Shown piece after piece: positions 48,600 through 60,039 of a stretch of 64,000 bases of DNA (position 1 is its first letter; each line of letters starts with the position of its first letter). The stretch comes from a virus. The notes beneath the pieces are model-generated. The model ran no database searches and was not told the origin of the DNA. It saw only the letters and a program-made list of their open reading frames with translations. Position numbers and translations under genes: made by a program. The stretch is from the IMG/VR virus record IMGVR_UViG_3300003323_001224, positions 12,639-76,638 of that record; one strand, given 5' to 3'.

Positions 48600-48998
48600 T
48601 TACGGAGTATCGGTCTTTGCATCTGGTGCTGTTGTAATGTCTGGTAATAGGTTTAATGCAAACTTCAATGCTTCTTCCATGCCCATTTCGTAGTTATTAA
48701 ATACAGGTGTGTTATTTATTTTATTATGATGCAGAATCACTCCATAGAATCCAAATTCAAACCCCTTGTTCGTGACGAAATTCTCCCAGTCTGGTTCAAC
48801 CCATACATAAATTTTATGCCCTTCCCTCAACCACCTGGCCAATAGCGTCTGCGTGATGCCGGCCATTTCAGACATGATCACCTCTCCAGACGATTGACGC
48901 ACGAGGACGGGACCTACGAAAGAAACCAGCTTACAGCCTTTCCTTGCGGCTAATAACTGCGTCTCCCTGGTGACTGCTTCATCTTTTAGTTTGTGCAT
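48600..48998 (-). CDS. Hypothetical protein, paralogue family A
   Basis: LAARKG...TQ.LL.RWLRE...ALNLLPD shared with 49333 and 49811-50358. Confidence 0.6.
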   Translation of the reverse strand: MHKLKDEAVTRETQLLAARKGCKLVSFVGPVLVRQSSGEVIMSEMAGITQTLLARWLREGHKIYVWVEPDWENFVTNKGFEFGFYGVILHHNKINNTPVFNNYEMGMEEALKFALNLLPDITTAPDAKTDTP

Positions 48999-49002
48999 GT
49001 TA

Positions 49003-49236
49003 TCATTTTGAATAACCTAAGAGATCATTTGGTGTGCAATGAAAGATATCACATAATATTATTAAGCTGGTAATCGAAGGATGACGGATTGATTTTTCAT
49101 TTTCCCAGTTATGTATATCACCCTTACTCGTATTAAGCTTGCCTGCCAATTCTTCCAGGGTATATTCATACATTTTCCTATACATTTTAATGTTACGCGC
49201 TAATACTACATTTAATCTATCATCAACGCTATACAT
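49003..49236 (-). CDS. XRE-family HTH regulator
   Basis: NIK.YRK...TLEELA.KL..S...I.NWEN...P. Confidence 0.85.
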   Translation of the reverse strand: MYSVDDRLNVVLARNIKMYRKMYEYTLEELAGKLNTSKGDIHNWENEKSIRHPSITSLIILCDIFHCTPNDLLGYSK

Positions 49237-49332
49237 CGAGTTTACTGAATTTAAAATGAATATCCATTTTCAACCAAAAGGAGCGCATAGTAACCGTTCC
49301 CGTATATGATTTCATTTACTTGCCAGTCTGTG

Positions 49333-49818
49333 CTATGCATCAGGTAATAAATTTAAAGCTTTCTGAATAGCTACCTCCCGCGCCATTTCAAACGTTTCAT
49401 ATCGTGTTTGATACAATGGCGTTTTAGGATCTACATTATCCAAAGCAAAAGCTACCGCCAGGTATCCGGATATGAGATTTTCTTTGAGTATAGGGGCCTG
49501 TCCTGAAATAATCCTATGCTTCTCTCTGAGCCAGCGTTCGATGAGATCTTGGGTAGGGCGCCCGTAAATGTAAAGCGGCAATTTGGAATTTTGTGTTTTA
49601 TGTGATTCGATTTCAATTTTCATTGCCTCAATTGTTTCCCTATCTCTATTACCTGCTTCCACGATTTCAAAGGCTCTTGTTACTAATTGATTGATAGTTG
49701 GTTCTCCTATTGCACGAGGAGGTTGTGTGTCTGCGTAAAAAACATTTCTGCACACTTCATCAAACCCTTTGCGCCTTGCAAGGACAGCTGTTTCAAATGA
49801 TACCAATTCTTCATGCAT
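49333..49818 (-). CDS. Hypothetical protein, paralogue family A
   Basis: EELVSFETAVLARRKGFDE..RPTQDLIERWLRE..ALNLLPDA. Confidence 0.65.
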   Translation of the reverse strand: MHEELVSFETAVLARRKGFDEVCRNVFYADTQPPRAIGEPTINQLVTRAFEIVEAGNRDRETIEAMKIEIESHKTQNSKLPLYIYGRPTQDLIERWLREKHRIISGQAPILKENLISGYLAVAFALDNVDPKTPLYQTRYETFEMAREVAIQKALNLLPDA

Positions 49819-50358
49819 CCGGTAACAAATTTAAAGCGTGTTGTAAAGCGGCTTCGCGGGCCAGTTCGTGAGTATCGAATCTAATACCATTAAATACCAT
49901 ATTAGATAATTCAGTTCCGATCCTGTCATAAACATTTGCCGAAAATTGTGGCGGAACAGGACGTCCTAATGTATCATTCCATCCAGGATAGCGGACCATC
50001 CAGGATAGCGGACCATCATTATATCTATCCCATGTACCTCCCTCAACCACCTCTCCAGCAGGTCCTGGGTGGGACGTGCGTATAGCCAGGGAGGGAGCAA
50101 CAAATTTTTGAATGATGGGAGTTTAAATACTTTCTCAGCTAAACCTAGTGCATTGCGCGTAGGCTCATCTAAATTTCTTGCATATTCATAATACATTTCA
50201 TTTGGTGGTGCGTAATTATTCCCTTCAGCAGATATTTCTTTAGGCCCATATATCTTGCCATTAAACTCATAATACTCCCATCCTTGCCTACACGGCTCAT
50301 CAAAACCCTTCTTTCGTGCAAGGATGGCGGTCGGATAGGTGATTAGTTCTTCAGTCAT
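49811..50358 (-). pseudogene. Family A paralogue split by a 17-bp tandem duplication
   Basis: ATCCAGGATAGCGGACC twice at 49981-50014; the two ORFs together equal one full paralogue. Confidence 0.7.
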
Positions 50359-50360
50359 GA

Positions 50361-50711
50361 TTAATTATTTTCTGGTTTATCTCCTGCTATCATCACATAT
50401 CTATGAAACGTGTGCTTCGGCGATTCAGTCATTATAGTGGTAATTTTATGCTTTATCGGTTCACAAGTCCCCACATATTCCCGTAGCGCTTCCGCCGTTT
50501 CAAGATCATTAAGCATCACAATCTTAATAAAATATTCTATCAGGTTGGCCAGTCGTAAAGGTATGACATCCCCTCTATCATAAAAATCAAGAAGATCTTC
50601 TTTAAATACACCACAATATAAAAACTCCCAATTGTCATATCCATTCATCTTTTCTTGCCCAAAGGAAAGGACGAACCGCCGAAAAATATCCAAATCTTTT
50701 TCTTGTATCAT
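50361..50711 (-). CDS. Hypothetical protein
   Basis: 116 aa; weakly resembles 50715-51080. Confidence 0.55.
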   Translation of the reverse strand: MIQEKDLDIFRRFVLSFGQEKMNGYDNWEFLYCGVFKEDLLDFYDRGDVIPLRLANLIEYFIKIVMLNDLETAEALREYVGTCEPIKHKITTIMTESPKHTFHRYVMIAGDKPENN

Positions 50712-50714
50712 GCA

Positions 50715-51080
50715 TCAGTTTTTAGGCGTTCGGTAATATCTCAATCGTAATTCACGCTTCGTATCATCTGTTCGGCGCTCTTCCGGCGTCATGGCTACAT
50801 AGGCATCAAACCAATCTGCCAATTCTTTTCCCTTCTTATTGATATAGTCTAATATTGCCTGTGCGGAAAACAACTTTTCACAGACCATCAGGTCCATCAG
50901 ATATTCAATAGTAAGGGCCATGTCTTTTGAATATGCCGAGCGTACCTTTGCCGTTAGTGCCGCATCCGGACCGGTGAAGATCAGTAAGTGGATCCTCTCC
51001 AGCTGTTCACGCGTCAGATCCTTGTGGTCGAACTTAGCAAAGAGCTGCTGCAAGGCTTGTACTTCGGTTTCATTGATCAT
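50715..51080 (-). CDS. Hypothetical protein
   Basis: 121 aa. Confidence 0.55.
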   Translation of the reverse strand: MINETEVQALQQLFAKFDHKDLTREQLERIHLLIFTGPDAALTAKVRSAYSKDMALTIEYLMDLMVCEKLFSAQAILDYINKKGKELADWFDAYVAMTPEERRTDDTKRELRLRYYRTPKN

Positions 51081-51163
51081 AGTAAGGAATTTAAAAAGGC
51101 CCTGATAGATATCGGGGCCGGATTGCTTTACAAAACTTCTAACTGTTTGAATAAAAATAATGA

Positions 51164-51574
51164 TTATTCTTTAATATCAAATAAATTTATTAAAAGGGGC
51201 TTCCCGTTTTCCCAGCGGTATTGGTTCTGGAGTTCGTGGAGATAGCGGATGGCGATGATGTTATAATGCATGTTTTTGGGCCTTACGAAATCGTAGGCGC
51301 CAAAGTTAAAAACTAAGCCATCTAAATCGCTTTTCTTTTCAGTGGGTTTGTAACATTTCTTATGCCGCGTGTTCTCTGTGCAATGCCAACCAAGCTTTTC
51401 CATCAGCTCCGGTGTCAGGGGGATGGGTGTGACTTCTTCAGCTGAGGGGTCGCATTTAATTTTTTTCATCGGCGTATTAATCTCTATTCTTTCCGGGTGT
51501 AGCAGGGTTATTACCGCATATTCCCCCAGATACATCACCCAGTTGCCTAACATTAGCTCTGATACGTTGACCAT
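51164..51574 (-). CDS. Hypothetical protein, paralogue family B
   Basis: ELMLGNWV..PIPLTPELMEKLGW..YLHELQN motif, common in Bacteroidota phages. Confidence 0.65.
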   Translation of the reverse strand: MVNVSELMLGNWVMYLGEYAVITLLHPERIEINTPMKKIKCDPSAEEVTPIPLTPELMEKLGWHCTENTRHKKCYKPTEKKSDLDGLVFNFGAYDFVRPKNMHYNIIAIRYLHELQNQYRWENGKPLLINLFDIKE

Positions 51575-52050
51575 AGATTGAGGATTAAAGGTTCTGTTGT
51601 TATCGTTTCAAACACCTGTTGGAATTCGTGAAGATATTCAAGCTGGTACGTATATACGCCCCTACGTTCTTGAATGACAAAACTACTGGCTTTTCCATAA
51701 TTGGCAGGTTCGAACAAATAATATAGGTAATCGAAGTCACAATAGGCTTTCGGGTCCATCATGATCTTTATACGTCCTGGCTCTTCAGCTAAGGTAAAGC
51801 CTAATTCCTTCATGAGATCCAGGGTGAGGGGGATCGGATACCACTCCGCGGGCACCCTACCATTGATCAATGTGGTATGGAATACCGCCCTTTGCAAGGG
51901 GCTGTAACGCACGGACCCCAGCGTAAGCGAAGTGACAGGATGGCGGTTACCGTCCGCGTCCTGTATCCAATTGAGGGGGGCGATCCTGGTGACATCTATC
52001 ATTTTTGTAGGGGTTTGGGGGCGGAAAATACGAAAACTTTCGACACTCAA
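51553..52050 (-). CDS. Hypothetical protein, paralogue family B
   Basis: PIPLTLDLMKELGF..YLHEFQQ. Confidence 0.6.
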   Translation of the reverse strand: MSVESFRIFRPQTPTKMIDVTRIAPLNWIQDADGNRHPVTSLTLGSVRYSPLQRAVFHTTLINGRVPAEWYPIPLTLDLMKELGFTLAEEPGRIKIMMDPKAYCDFDYLYYLFEPANYGKASSFVIQERRGVYTYQLEYLHEFQQVFETITTEPLILNLWSTYQS

Positions 52051-52412
52051 TCGTACATTTTGGATAAAAAAGTATCAAAAACGCATTGCATAGTAGCTTT
52101 CGATATATGTTGAAAGTTTGAATGCGTTTTAGGGATTTTTGGGGAACGGTTTTTAAACCGGCCATTAGGCGTTTTAAGCAGAAGGGGAGGCCTTGCCTAC
52201 CGCCAAGGGCTTGATAAGCGCCTGACAGCGCTTGAAAACGGCCTACGAACGATCCTGAAGGAGGGGTGAAACCGGATGTTGGGGCGAAAAACGGGGGAAA
52301 CCCTAATCAATGGATTATTGATTGGTTAATTTGTGGTTGTAATGGAGGTCGCTTTGAACATCACATGTCCTGTTTTAAGCCAAAAAGAGGCGATTTGGGC
52401 AGTTTTCGGAAA

Positions 52413-52817
52413 TTTTTTGTTACAGATTTTGTACGGAACAGGTGTTGAAAAACAGGAGATTATCGATATGTGTAACAAATGTAGGATTGGATGTTTGTTA
52501 CAATTTTTGCGCTGATTATCAGCGTGCTAAAATAGAAAAAAACAAAAGTACAAAAAAAAAGACGTTTCTATATATACAAAATATTTTTTTTTGCCTCTTC
52601 ATTTTTTTTTATTTTTTCCAAGAAAAAAATATACACTATTATTTTTTTTATTTTTACTCGCAATAAAGGAAAAATATTTTGTACTTTTGTTTTTTAGTAC
52701 TTAACTCCTTAATATTCAGTTAAAATATTGTAACAAACACTGAATTCTATATTTGTAAGAATCTTTATAAAGTTCTCATAACCAATACTAATCCGTTACA
52801 AAATCTGTAACAAAATT
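52413..52817. repeat. Large imperfect AT-rich inverted repeat, putative replication origin
   Basis: TTTTGTTACAGATTTTGTACGGA / TCCGTTACAAAATCTGTAACAAAA and nested arms. Confidence 0.55.
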
Positions 52818-52846
52818 TTGGCAGCAAAATCCCACCGATTACTTCG

Positions 52847-53311
52847 ATGAAACGTGAGTTTTTGGAAAATTGTATAAAAAGTATCACACTCGATATCGAT
52901 TGTTTTCGTTGCATCGTTAGCGGGGGGCGTCTCTATGAGGATTATGAATTCTTTTGCCATACGATGGATGCCGTTTTGGCAAACAAGGTCAAAGAAGGGA
53001 TACCTATCGAGATCGTTGTGGGGGATAATCGGCGCTGGGAAATGCTTCCGAATGGAATAGTTGTGGAAAAACCAACCACCGATTCCATGGCTGCCCGCTA
53101 TGCAAAAGAGCGGGGCTACTACCTCACCATCGGCGTGGCGCCTTGGGCAAAAATGGGCAAATCAGCTGGTCCGTACCGTAATTACTGCATGGCACAATAT
53201 GGCCATGCCCTGGTGGCTTTTTGGAATAAAAAATCCAAAGGCACGAAAAATATGATTACATTGGCAAAGAAAAGAGGATTGCCGACACGTGTTATCCCCG
53301 TTCGTTATTAA
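52847..53311 (+). CDS. SLOG/YspA-like (DUF2493-type) protein
   Basis: IVSGGR, W..MGKSAGPYRN..MA.Y..ALVAFW..KSKGTKNMI. Confidence 0.8.
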   Translation: MKREFLENCIKSITLDIDCFRCIVSGGRLYEDYEFFCHTMDAVLANKVKEGIPIEIVVGDNRRWEMLPNGIVVEKPTTDSMAARYAKERGYYLTIGVAPWAKMGKSAGPYRNYCMAQYGHALVAFWNKKSKGTKNMITLAKKRGLPTRVIPVRY

Positions 53312-53319
53312 TTTACATC

Positions 53320-53691
53320 ATGACAGAAAATGATTATACGGAACTGCATGCTTTCCTACTGATGCATTATCAGTATTTGACTTACCAGGATATGGCGGAT
53401 GAATTGAATTTGCCCGATACTACTGTTATTTATCACTGTAAAAAATTAGGTATAAAACCGATTTCTCAGAAACAAAAGGTGAATTCTTTTATCCTGGAAT
53501 ATTACCAACGCAAACCAAAAAAGTGGATTGCTGCCCGACTGAATATATGTGCCCATCACATCGATAATTGTTATGACGCTTTAAATATTAAGGAACCGGA
53601 TTGGCCTGCAAAGATGGAGGCTATTTCCCCTCGTACCATTTTCAGCAGAGCAAGCGTTGCTAATTATAAGCAACTTCTAGGCAAACTCTAA
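53320..53691 (+). CDS. Tandem-HTH protein
   Basis: TYQDMADELNL and WIAARLNI HTH-like segments. Confidence 0.5.
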   Translation: MTENDYTELHAFLLMHYQYLTYQDMADELNLPDTTVIYHCKKLGIKPISQKQKVNSFILEYYQRKPKKWIAARLNICAHHIDNCYDALNIKEPDWPAKMEAISPRTIFSRASVANYKQLLGKL

Positions 53692-54303
53692 AACATGCAT
53701 ACACAAACACTATCCATGTACATGACCTATCACCATGACATTGCCGAATGCGTGATTGATTTCTCATCTTCTGATCACCATGAACAAATGCAGGTACAAA
53801 AGGTGCCGCAGCAATATCTCAACACTATAATGCCTATCCTAACTTCAGCCTTGGCGGGCATATGCCATCGTTTCGCAGGACAACCAGGTTTTAGCACTGG
53901 CGAGATCTGTGAGATCTTTTCTAATTTATTACAAGATGCACTCGACCATCGTGTAATACGTACTCATTCTGAGAACATAATTAACCCGCAAATGAATTGA
54001 TGATGAGAATGCTATTGGAAATACACTGCTTTTTTAATGGTGAAGCGATTGAGAAGGTAGACAAGAAACTTTTTTGTTCTGATCCCGTTCGATCTGCTTT
54101 AATGAAATCAGACCCTGCTCAAGGGCAAGCAGCGCAGCTAGTTGTTTTAGCACGAGCTGTTGCGGGCATCTACGCCCAGGTTCTGCGGGAATCTCCTGAG
54201 AGAGCTGAAGCTTTGTTGAAAATGTTTATAGAAGATATTAAAAATACGGCTGAAACTTTTGACAAAGTACTAGACAAACCAACTCCCACCGATAATTAAG
54301 TGT

Positions 54304-54320
54304 ATCAAAAAAATGTTGAT
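54304..54320. promoter_or_regulatory. Operator-like palindrome copy 4 ATCAAAAAAATGTTGAT
   Basis: Intergenic, ahead of the early region. Confidence 0.55.
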
Positions 54321-54640
54321 TAAGTTTGGAAATTATTGTGAATGCCGTATATTTGGGGTAATGAATATGACGGCGGGGGCCGCGCGGCGGGGGGAAAACG
54401 CGATTTTTTCGAGGGGGTGGGGGTCGGATGAGTTTTTTTGAATATGCGTAATGTGTTGACAACGCGTGAATAATCCGATTTCATTCTGTCCTATAACAAA
54501 GATTATGTTAAATAGCATTGCTCACTGTCTCCCCTACCCTATCGGTGGGGAATTTTTATTTTATCTACTCTCACATTCTGTACCGATCGGTATAAAATTG
54601 TTTTAAAATGGGACCATACTTTCATCGTATCACACCTTAA

Positions 54641-55015
54641 ATGTATTCGGTTGCAACCATAATAACACCAATAAATTATTGGAGCACAGGATTTAGGGCT
54701 ATTAATGCAATAAATACAAGTGCAAAGATTGAGTTATTGGAGCTGGATGTTAAAATCCTGGATGCATTATCAACAGCAACACGTGGTTATCCTGCAATGC
54801 AATTGCGTGTTGCGTGTCAAGATAATAAATGTATTTTCTCTGCGATATTTAATCGGAGTATTAATAGACTTCTTGAACTTAAATACATCACCAGGACCAA
54901 ACACCGCAAATGGGTCTACTACAATATCACCATGAAAGGACGCCAAGCCCTTGCAGAGATCAACGAACATCTCATCCGCATAGTGCAAGAGCGGTTCGAC
55001 AAGCTCAACAAATAA
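54641..55015 (+). CDS. Winged-helix (MarR-like) regulator
   Basis: RSINRLLELKYITR....YYNITMKGRQAL. Confidence 0.65.
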   Translation: MYSVATIITPINYWSTGFRAINAINTSAKIELLELDVKILDALSTATRGYPAMQLRVACQDNKCIFSAIFNRSINRLLELKYITRTKHRKWVYYNITMKGRQALAEINEHLIRIVQERFDKLNK

Positions 55016-55045
55016 TCTTCTCCGCAACCATTACCATAACGACAA

Positions 55046-55076
55046 AGGTCACTCGAAATGAGTGACCTTTTCTTTT
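55046..55076 (+). terminator. Intrinsic terminator AAAGGTCACTC-GAAAT-GAGTGACCTTT plus T-tail
   Basis: Perfect stem followed by TTTTCTTTT. Confidence 0.75.
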
Positions 55077-57524
55077 GAAAGCAAATCGCAGGTTATATTA
55101 AGAGCAAGAGAAGCAAGATAAAAAAAGAGAGGACGTCCGTTGTCCTCTCTTGCTCTAATCAAATGCCCCTCAACCATTAAACCTTATCCTATTAGACTTC
55201 TAAGATAAATAAGTGGTTGCACATAAAAAAATCTTTTTTGAACCTATTAACAAAAAAATACGTGTTTTAATTTGGTTAAAACAAATGTTTTACTACCTTT
55301 ATGCCAGATCATTGAAAGACGGGCCATTCAATTGGCGGGACCGCAACCCTGTATCAGGCATGGGCTGTTAGTGGTTATATGACTCTCTCTCAGGTGTTTC
55401 TACATCTATTTACCAGGATCATATAGCTGTTACTCGCAAGAGCTGATAATTCGATTCTTGTTGCACACTGTCCGCACGGACAGCAGGCGCACCCTGGTCA
55501 TACATAGTATGGCACACGGATAAGACGGCAAGGCAGGGAGTAACGCGGTTACACGTTCAGTATAGTATGTCACGGGACATATGTATGCCGCCAATTCGTG
55601 ATTGGTGAACGTGCTAAAACTATTCAATATGAAAGCAATATTCATAATCGTAACACTAGCCATCTTTATCACCGGCTGTTCAAGCAAGCGAAAATATCGT
55701 ATACTCGCTACACAAAAAACGATTTACTACGTGCATTCAAAAGTAATTATAAACGAGTATGACAACGGCTTCAAAGCGGGGGACACGGTAAGATATGACT
55801 ATAAATATGATGGATATGTTCCTGAAAGCTATACTGAAGTGATACTTTCAGGCCTCTAACCCCTCACTGTGTAGGCAGTCTGTCCGGCTCATGACTGGAC
55901 AGGGGTGCTAAAACTATTTATTATGTCTTACTCTATGCTCACAGAAGAACAGTCAAAGAACATCGAACGATTAGCAGCTATACATAAGGCAATTGTCGCA
56001 TTGAATGAAGCTATATTAATCAACAGTGCGGATTGCTCCGCCACTATGGTCAGGGAAACGGTTATTAGTATGGCTGAAAGGAGAAGGGCAATGGATGCCA
56101 GATTCAAGGATGTTAGGGAATATTAAAGGCCCTGACAATCGCTTAAACGGGGTCTAGCCTTACCTAGACCCCGTATATCTCATCCACAAGGGTTTAAAGC
56201 CCGCTATCCTGGTGCAAGGTCCGGGGATGGATGCTAAAACTTACGACTATGTATACTATCAACGGCGCTAACTATTTCACAGATAAAGAATTCCGGCAAG
56301 GTGCTAAAGAGATGACCAACCGGCAATTGTTAAGGGATTATAGGTTGTCAGTAATACATCTGGCCGAATTGGAAGAAAAGAAGGCCAGCGGCTGGGATAC
56401 CTATCTGGGTGATAACATCATTGGCCGTATCTCACAAGAGAAAAAAAGCCTTCGTGCTACGGAGAATGAATTGGTAGCGCGCGGTTATGATCTTAGTAAA
56501 ATCGTCATCAAATAGCAATCATATGAAATCCTATCGTTTAAAAACCCTGGCAATGATGTTGACGTACGTTGCCCTTTTGTTGATCGTATCTATTATTGTG
56601 TATGTGAGCAGCCCCCGCGGCTGCCATTTGTTTTAGGCTATCGTAAGATAGCGTCCTTCCCTTAGCACAAGGGTAGTGCACTGGACTGAGCACCGGGGGT
56701 AACGGTTCGACTCCGTTATGGACGGCTCAACAACAATCAGTACCATGTCAAATGTTATCGCCAAGATCGAAAAGAAAGATGACATCGAAGTATTAACCGT
56801 TACGTTGCCGATCAGCAAGCGGCCAAGCGCGTCAGGTAAGACGATGATCATAGCCAGCACGAACGGCAACCAGCCGTTAAGCATTACCATTGACGGTAAG
56901 CGGGTCATCCTGGGATTGAATGCCTATATAAAGTAGGCACTCACTTGTCTCTATACGTTAAGGGTAGACGGCCACATTAATATGTGGTAGTGGCGTAGTC
57001 GAGTGCGCTTAGAGACCTCAACAAATTGCAATTATATGAATGTTCACATTACCATGTTTCACGAACGTGTGGAACAATTTAAAGCGCAATGGCCTATGGC
57101 AACTGTTGTAAAGGTAGGCAGGTATTACACCACCTATGCGCTGCCAAAGAAGTTATACGAAAAGGTGTATCTCCATGTAATGGAATACGGTTCAATCGAT
57201 GCACCAGCATGTATTAACTACGTGAAGATAACGGGAATAATGGGGGATCAACCGCTAAAACTGTTTATCAAAGAAAAGGATTGCAACAAGGTTTTAGAAC
57301 GGCTAGTAAAAGCCCATAATGATAAGCAGTTAACCTATCCGGCGCAACCCTTCCATGTTACCATGAAAAAGGTCCGAATAGAAAGGCATCGACGTAACAG
57401 CGTAGAGCACATTGTACTGAAGTCTATGACGGCAATTGGTTTTGCTGCATAGCTGGCAGGCTGTAGGGGTAGCAATACCGCCCGTCCTTCGCTGGACATA
57501 CAGCCCTCAACAAATTGTAATTAT

Positions 57525-58064
57525 ATGAATACACCAATCTCGTCTTACGAACAACAAGCAATTGATTTCCTGGAAAAAACAGGAACCACGATTGATATAA
57601 CCTTTAAAGAGTCAGGTAAATATTTCGATGATGACAATGACGTTCGAGATATTTATACTATCGTCATTAAAAGAAAAAATAGGCAGTACGCCTTTACATT
57701 TGGTAACTCAATCGCTAACAGCGGGTTCTATTATACAATGGGTCAAAAGAAAGTGAACATCCCGCGTGAAAAGATCAGCTATAAGCACCTACTCAATTAT
57801 ATAAGAATTGATTCAAGGGGTGGTTTTTTAAATAACGGCAAAAGTGATATTATCCACTATCCCAAAGCCCCAACAGCTTATAGTGTGTTAGCATGCTTAA
57901 CAAAATATGATCCAGGCTCTTTTGAGAACTTTTGCTCCGAATATGGATATGATGCCGACAGCAGGCGGGCAGAAAAGACCTATAAGGCTGTAGTGGATGA
58001 GTACAATAATGTTAGTCGCCTTTTTTCTGATGAGGAATTACAAGAAATGCAAGAAATACAGTAA
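57525..58064 (+). CDS. Early-region hypothetical protein
   Basis: 179 aa; P.AYSVLACL...FENFCSEYGYD.DSR.AEK.Y motif. Confidence 0.65.
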   Translation: MNTPISSYEQQAIDFLEKTGTTIDITFKESGKYFDDDNDVRDIYTIVIKRKNRQYAFTFGNSIANSGFYYTMGQKKVNIPREKISYKHLLNYIRIDSRGGFLNNGKSDIIHYPKAPTAYSVLACLTKYDPGSFENFCSEYGYDADSRRAEKTYKAVVDEYNNVSRLFSDEELQEMQEIQ

Positions 58065-58511
58065 CACCCCTACGGAGCGGGCATCTACAACAGGTGCCCG
58101 CTGCCGTTACATTCGATTGTAATAGGAGGGCTAAAATTATTTATTATGGTGACACTTCCAATCTTCCCCGCCAATCAATATGTCTGCCATTCACATGCAG
58201 CAGCCACACTTATGACCTTTACGCAAGGCTGTTTGAAAGATACGATAGAGCGGGTTTATAACAGGGCAAAGGAGAGACAAAGCCAGGGGCTGTATTATGA
58301 ACTGGTGAATACCCTCCTTTACCATGCTATGAATCTGTGGGTTGACATGCAGGAGGCCAGGGATATAGACGCAACCCTCATCCGTGAAATGTCTGTGCAT
58401 GACCAGGAAGAATATGTAAGGGTGTATGAGAACAGATACAATTTATGGTTAAAAGGAAAAGATATATGGTGACCAAAGACAATTTCTACATAGTATCCGA
58501 ATGAACAGGTA

Positions 58512-58564
58512 TTCCCGTCAATCTGGTTGTACGTGGGTACGCTGGTTCGAACCCAGCACGGGAA
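58512..58564 (+). ncRNA. Mini-tRNA-like element (acceptor stem plus T arm)
   Basis: TTCCCGT..GCTGG-TTCGAAC-CCAGC-ACGGGAA-GCTCAA. Confidence 0.6.
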
Positions 58565-59177
58565 GCTCAACAAATTGCAATAATATGAAACGTTACATCG
58601 TCACACCGTTAGGTGTACAATTATTAGGTCTACCGGAAGGGACCATTATCACTACCTCATTGGAACCGCAGCTGAGGTTCTGGCAACCTTTAAAAGATTA
58701 AGCTATGCCTACCACCGTAAAGTACAAAACGAACGAGCAATGCCTACGCGCGTTGCTGAAGGATTGCCATACGATGGAGATCGCGATTATCCGGGAAAGG
58801 ATGTTAGCATGGGCGGAAGAAAACCTGGAAAGGATCAATAAAAATCCGACAAAATGGGACAATCCGATCTTTCACCACGGAAGCTATATCGCCGTCATGG
58901 AAAAAATTATTCAACATCTTAAAATGGAGGATTAGCATGGAAACACTCATAACCGCATCCATTGGTCTTGTCGTGTACAAGGGGGAGTATTACCTTCAGG
59001 TCATATCGGAAAGGGAGAATCATTACTGGACAAAAATCCCAAAGAAATTGGCCTACAGTATGGTGCAACAGGAAATGATTGAAGCAGAAGAGATCGATTA
59101 TGATCCGACGAAAGCGTAACCAAGTCAGCAGTACCATAGATTAGCCTATCAACAACAGGTAAGAACAGAACAATGGC

Positions 59178-59245
59178 CTCCCCTGCCTATTTAGCCTAGG
59201 CAACAGGTAACGCAAGGGCGTCCCGGTTCAAATCCGGGAGGGGAG
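59178..59245 (+). ncRNA. Mini-tRNA-like element (acceptor stem plus T arm)
   Basis: CTCCCCT..CCCGG-TTCAAAT-CCGGG-AGGGGAG-CTAAAA. Confidence 0.6.
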
Positions 59246-60039
59246 CTAAAATTACTCATCATGGTGAATTATTTTGTATATACAGCGATTGCATTATATT
59301 TTACCGGGAAGATCGTTTATGTAGTCAGGATGTATCTGAAAGACAGAAATAGAGTCTCAGTCCGTATTACGCGAAAGATTTATCCATCAGCAAAGACATT
59401 GGAAAAGGTCATCCATGAAATGTATTGTCTGGAAGAGATACGTATTACAGATATAAATGTCATCTTGTATTATGCGGACAAGATCATAGAGGAAGGAGAT
59501 GAGTATTTTGATAGGGGGATATATGGAGAACCTTCCAATATGGCAAAAAGAACATGCAGGAGGTTATTTCCGAATGCCTATAAAAAAGTTATCTAATTAC
59601 CTTTAAACGTTAGCGGATCGTAGCCGCTCTATATTATGGCAAAAGAAAAGAAGTTTAAATACAAACTCTGGTTAGAGATTGAATTAGTGGAAGTAGATGA
59701 AGAGGGCAATGAAAAAGGGGAATGGGTGCGTGGTGAAGAATTTGGTGAACTACCTGAAGAAATACACGTATCTATGAATTTGGATGATATCCTGAGAGTG
59801 AGAGATAGGATAATGGCCTTTTCGATTTTAGATTAATAAAAACCTCAACCACATGAAAGAAAACACAAACACTGAACCAGACGCAAATCCTATTATCTTG
59901 GTTATAGCTTGCGTTATGATTATGATGAGCGTAGTGTGCTTCGTCATTGCAGCTAGGTACTATGCAAAGGACAAAGCAGTCATAGAGAGAATTAAATAAT
60001 CTAAAACTGAGCCGCACAGTATAACAGGCGGGAAAAATT

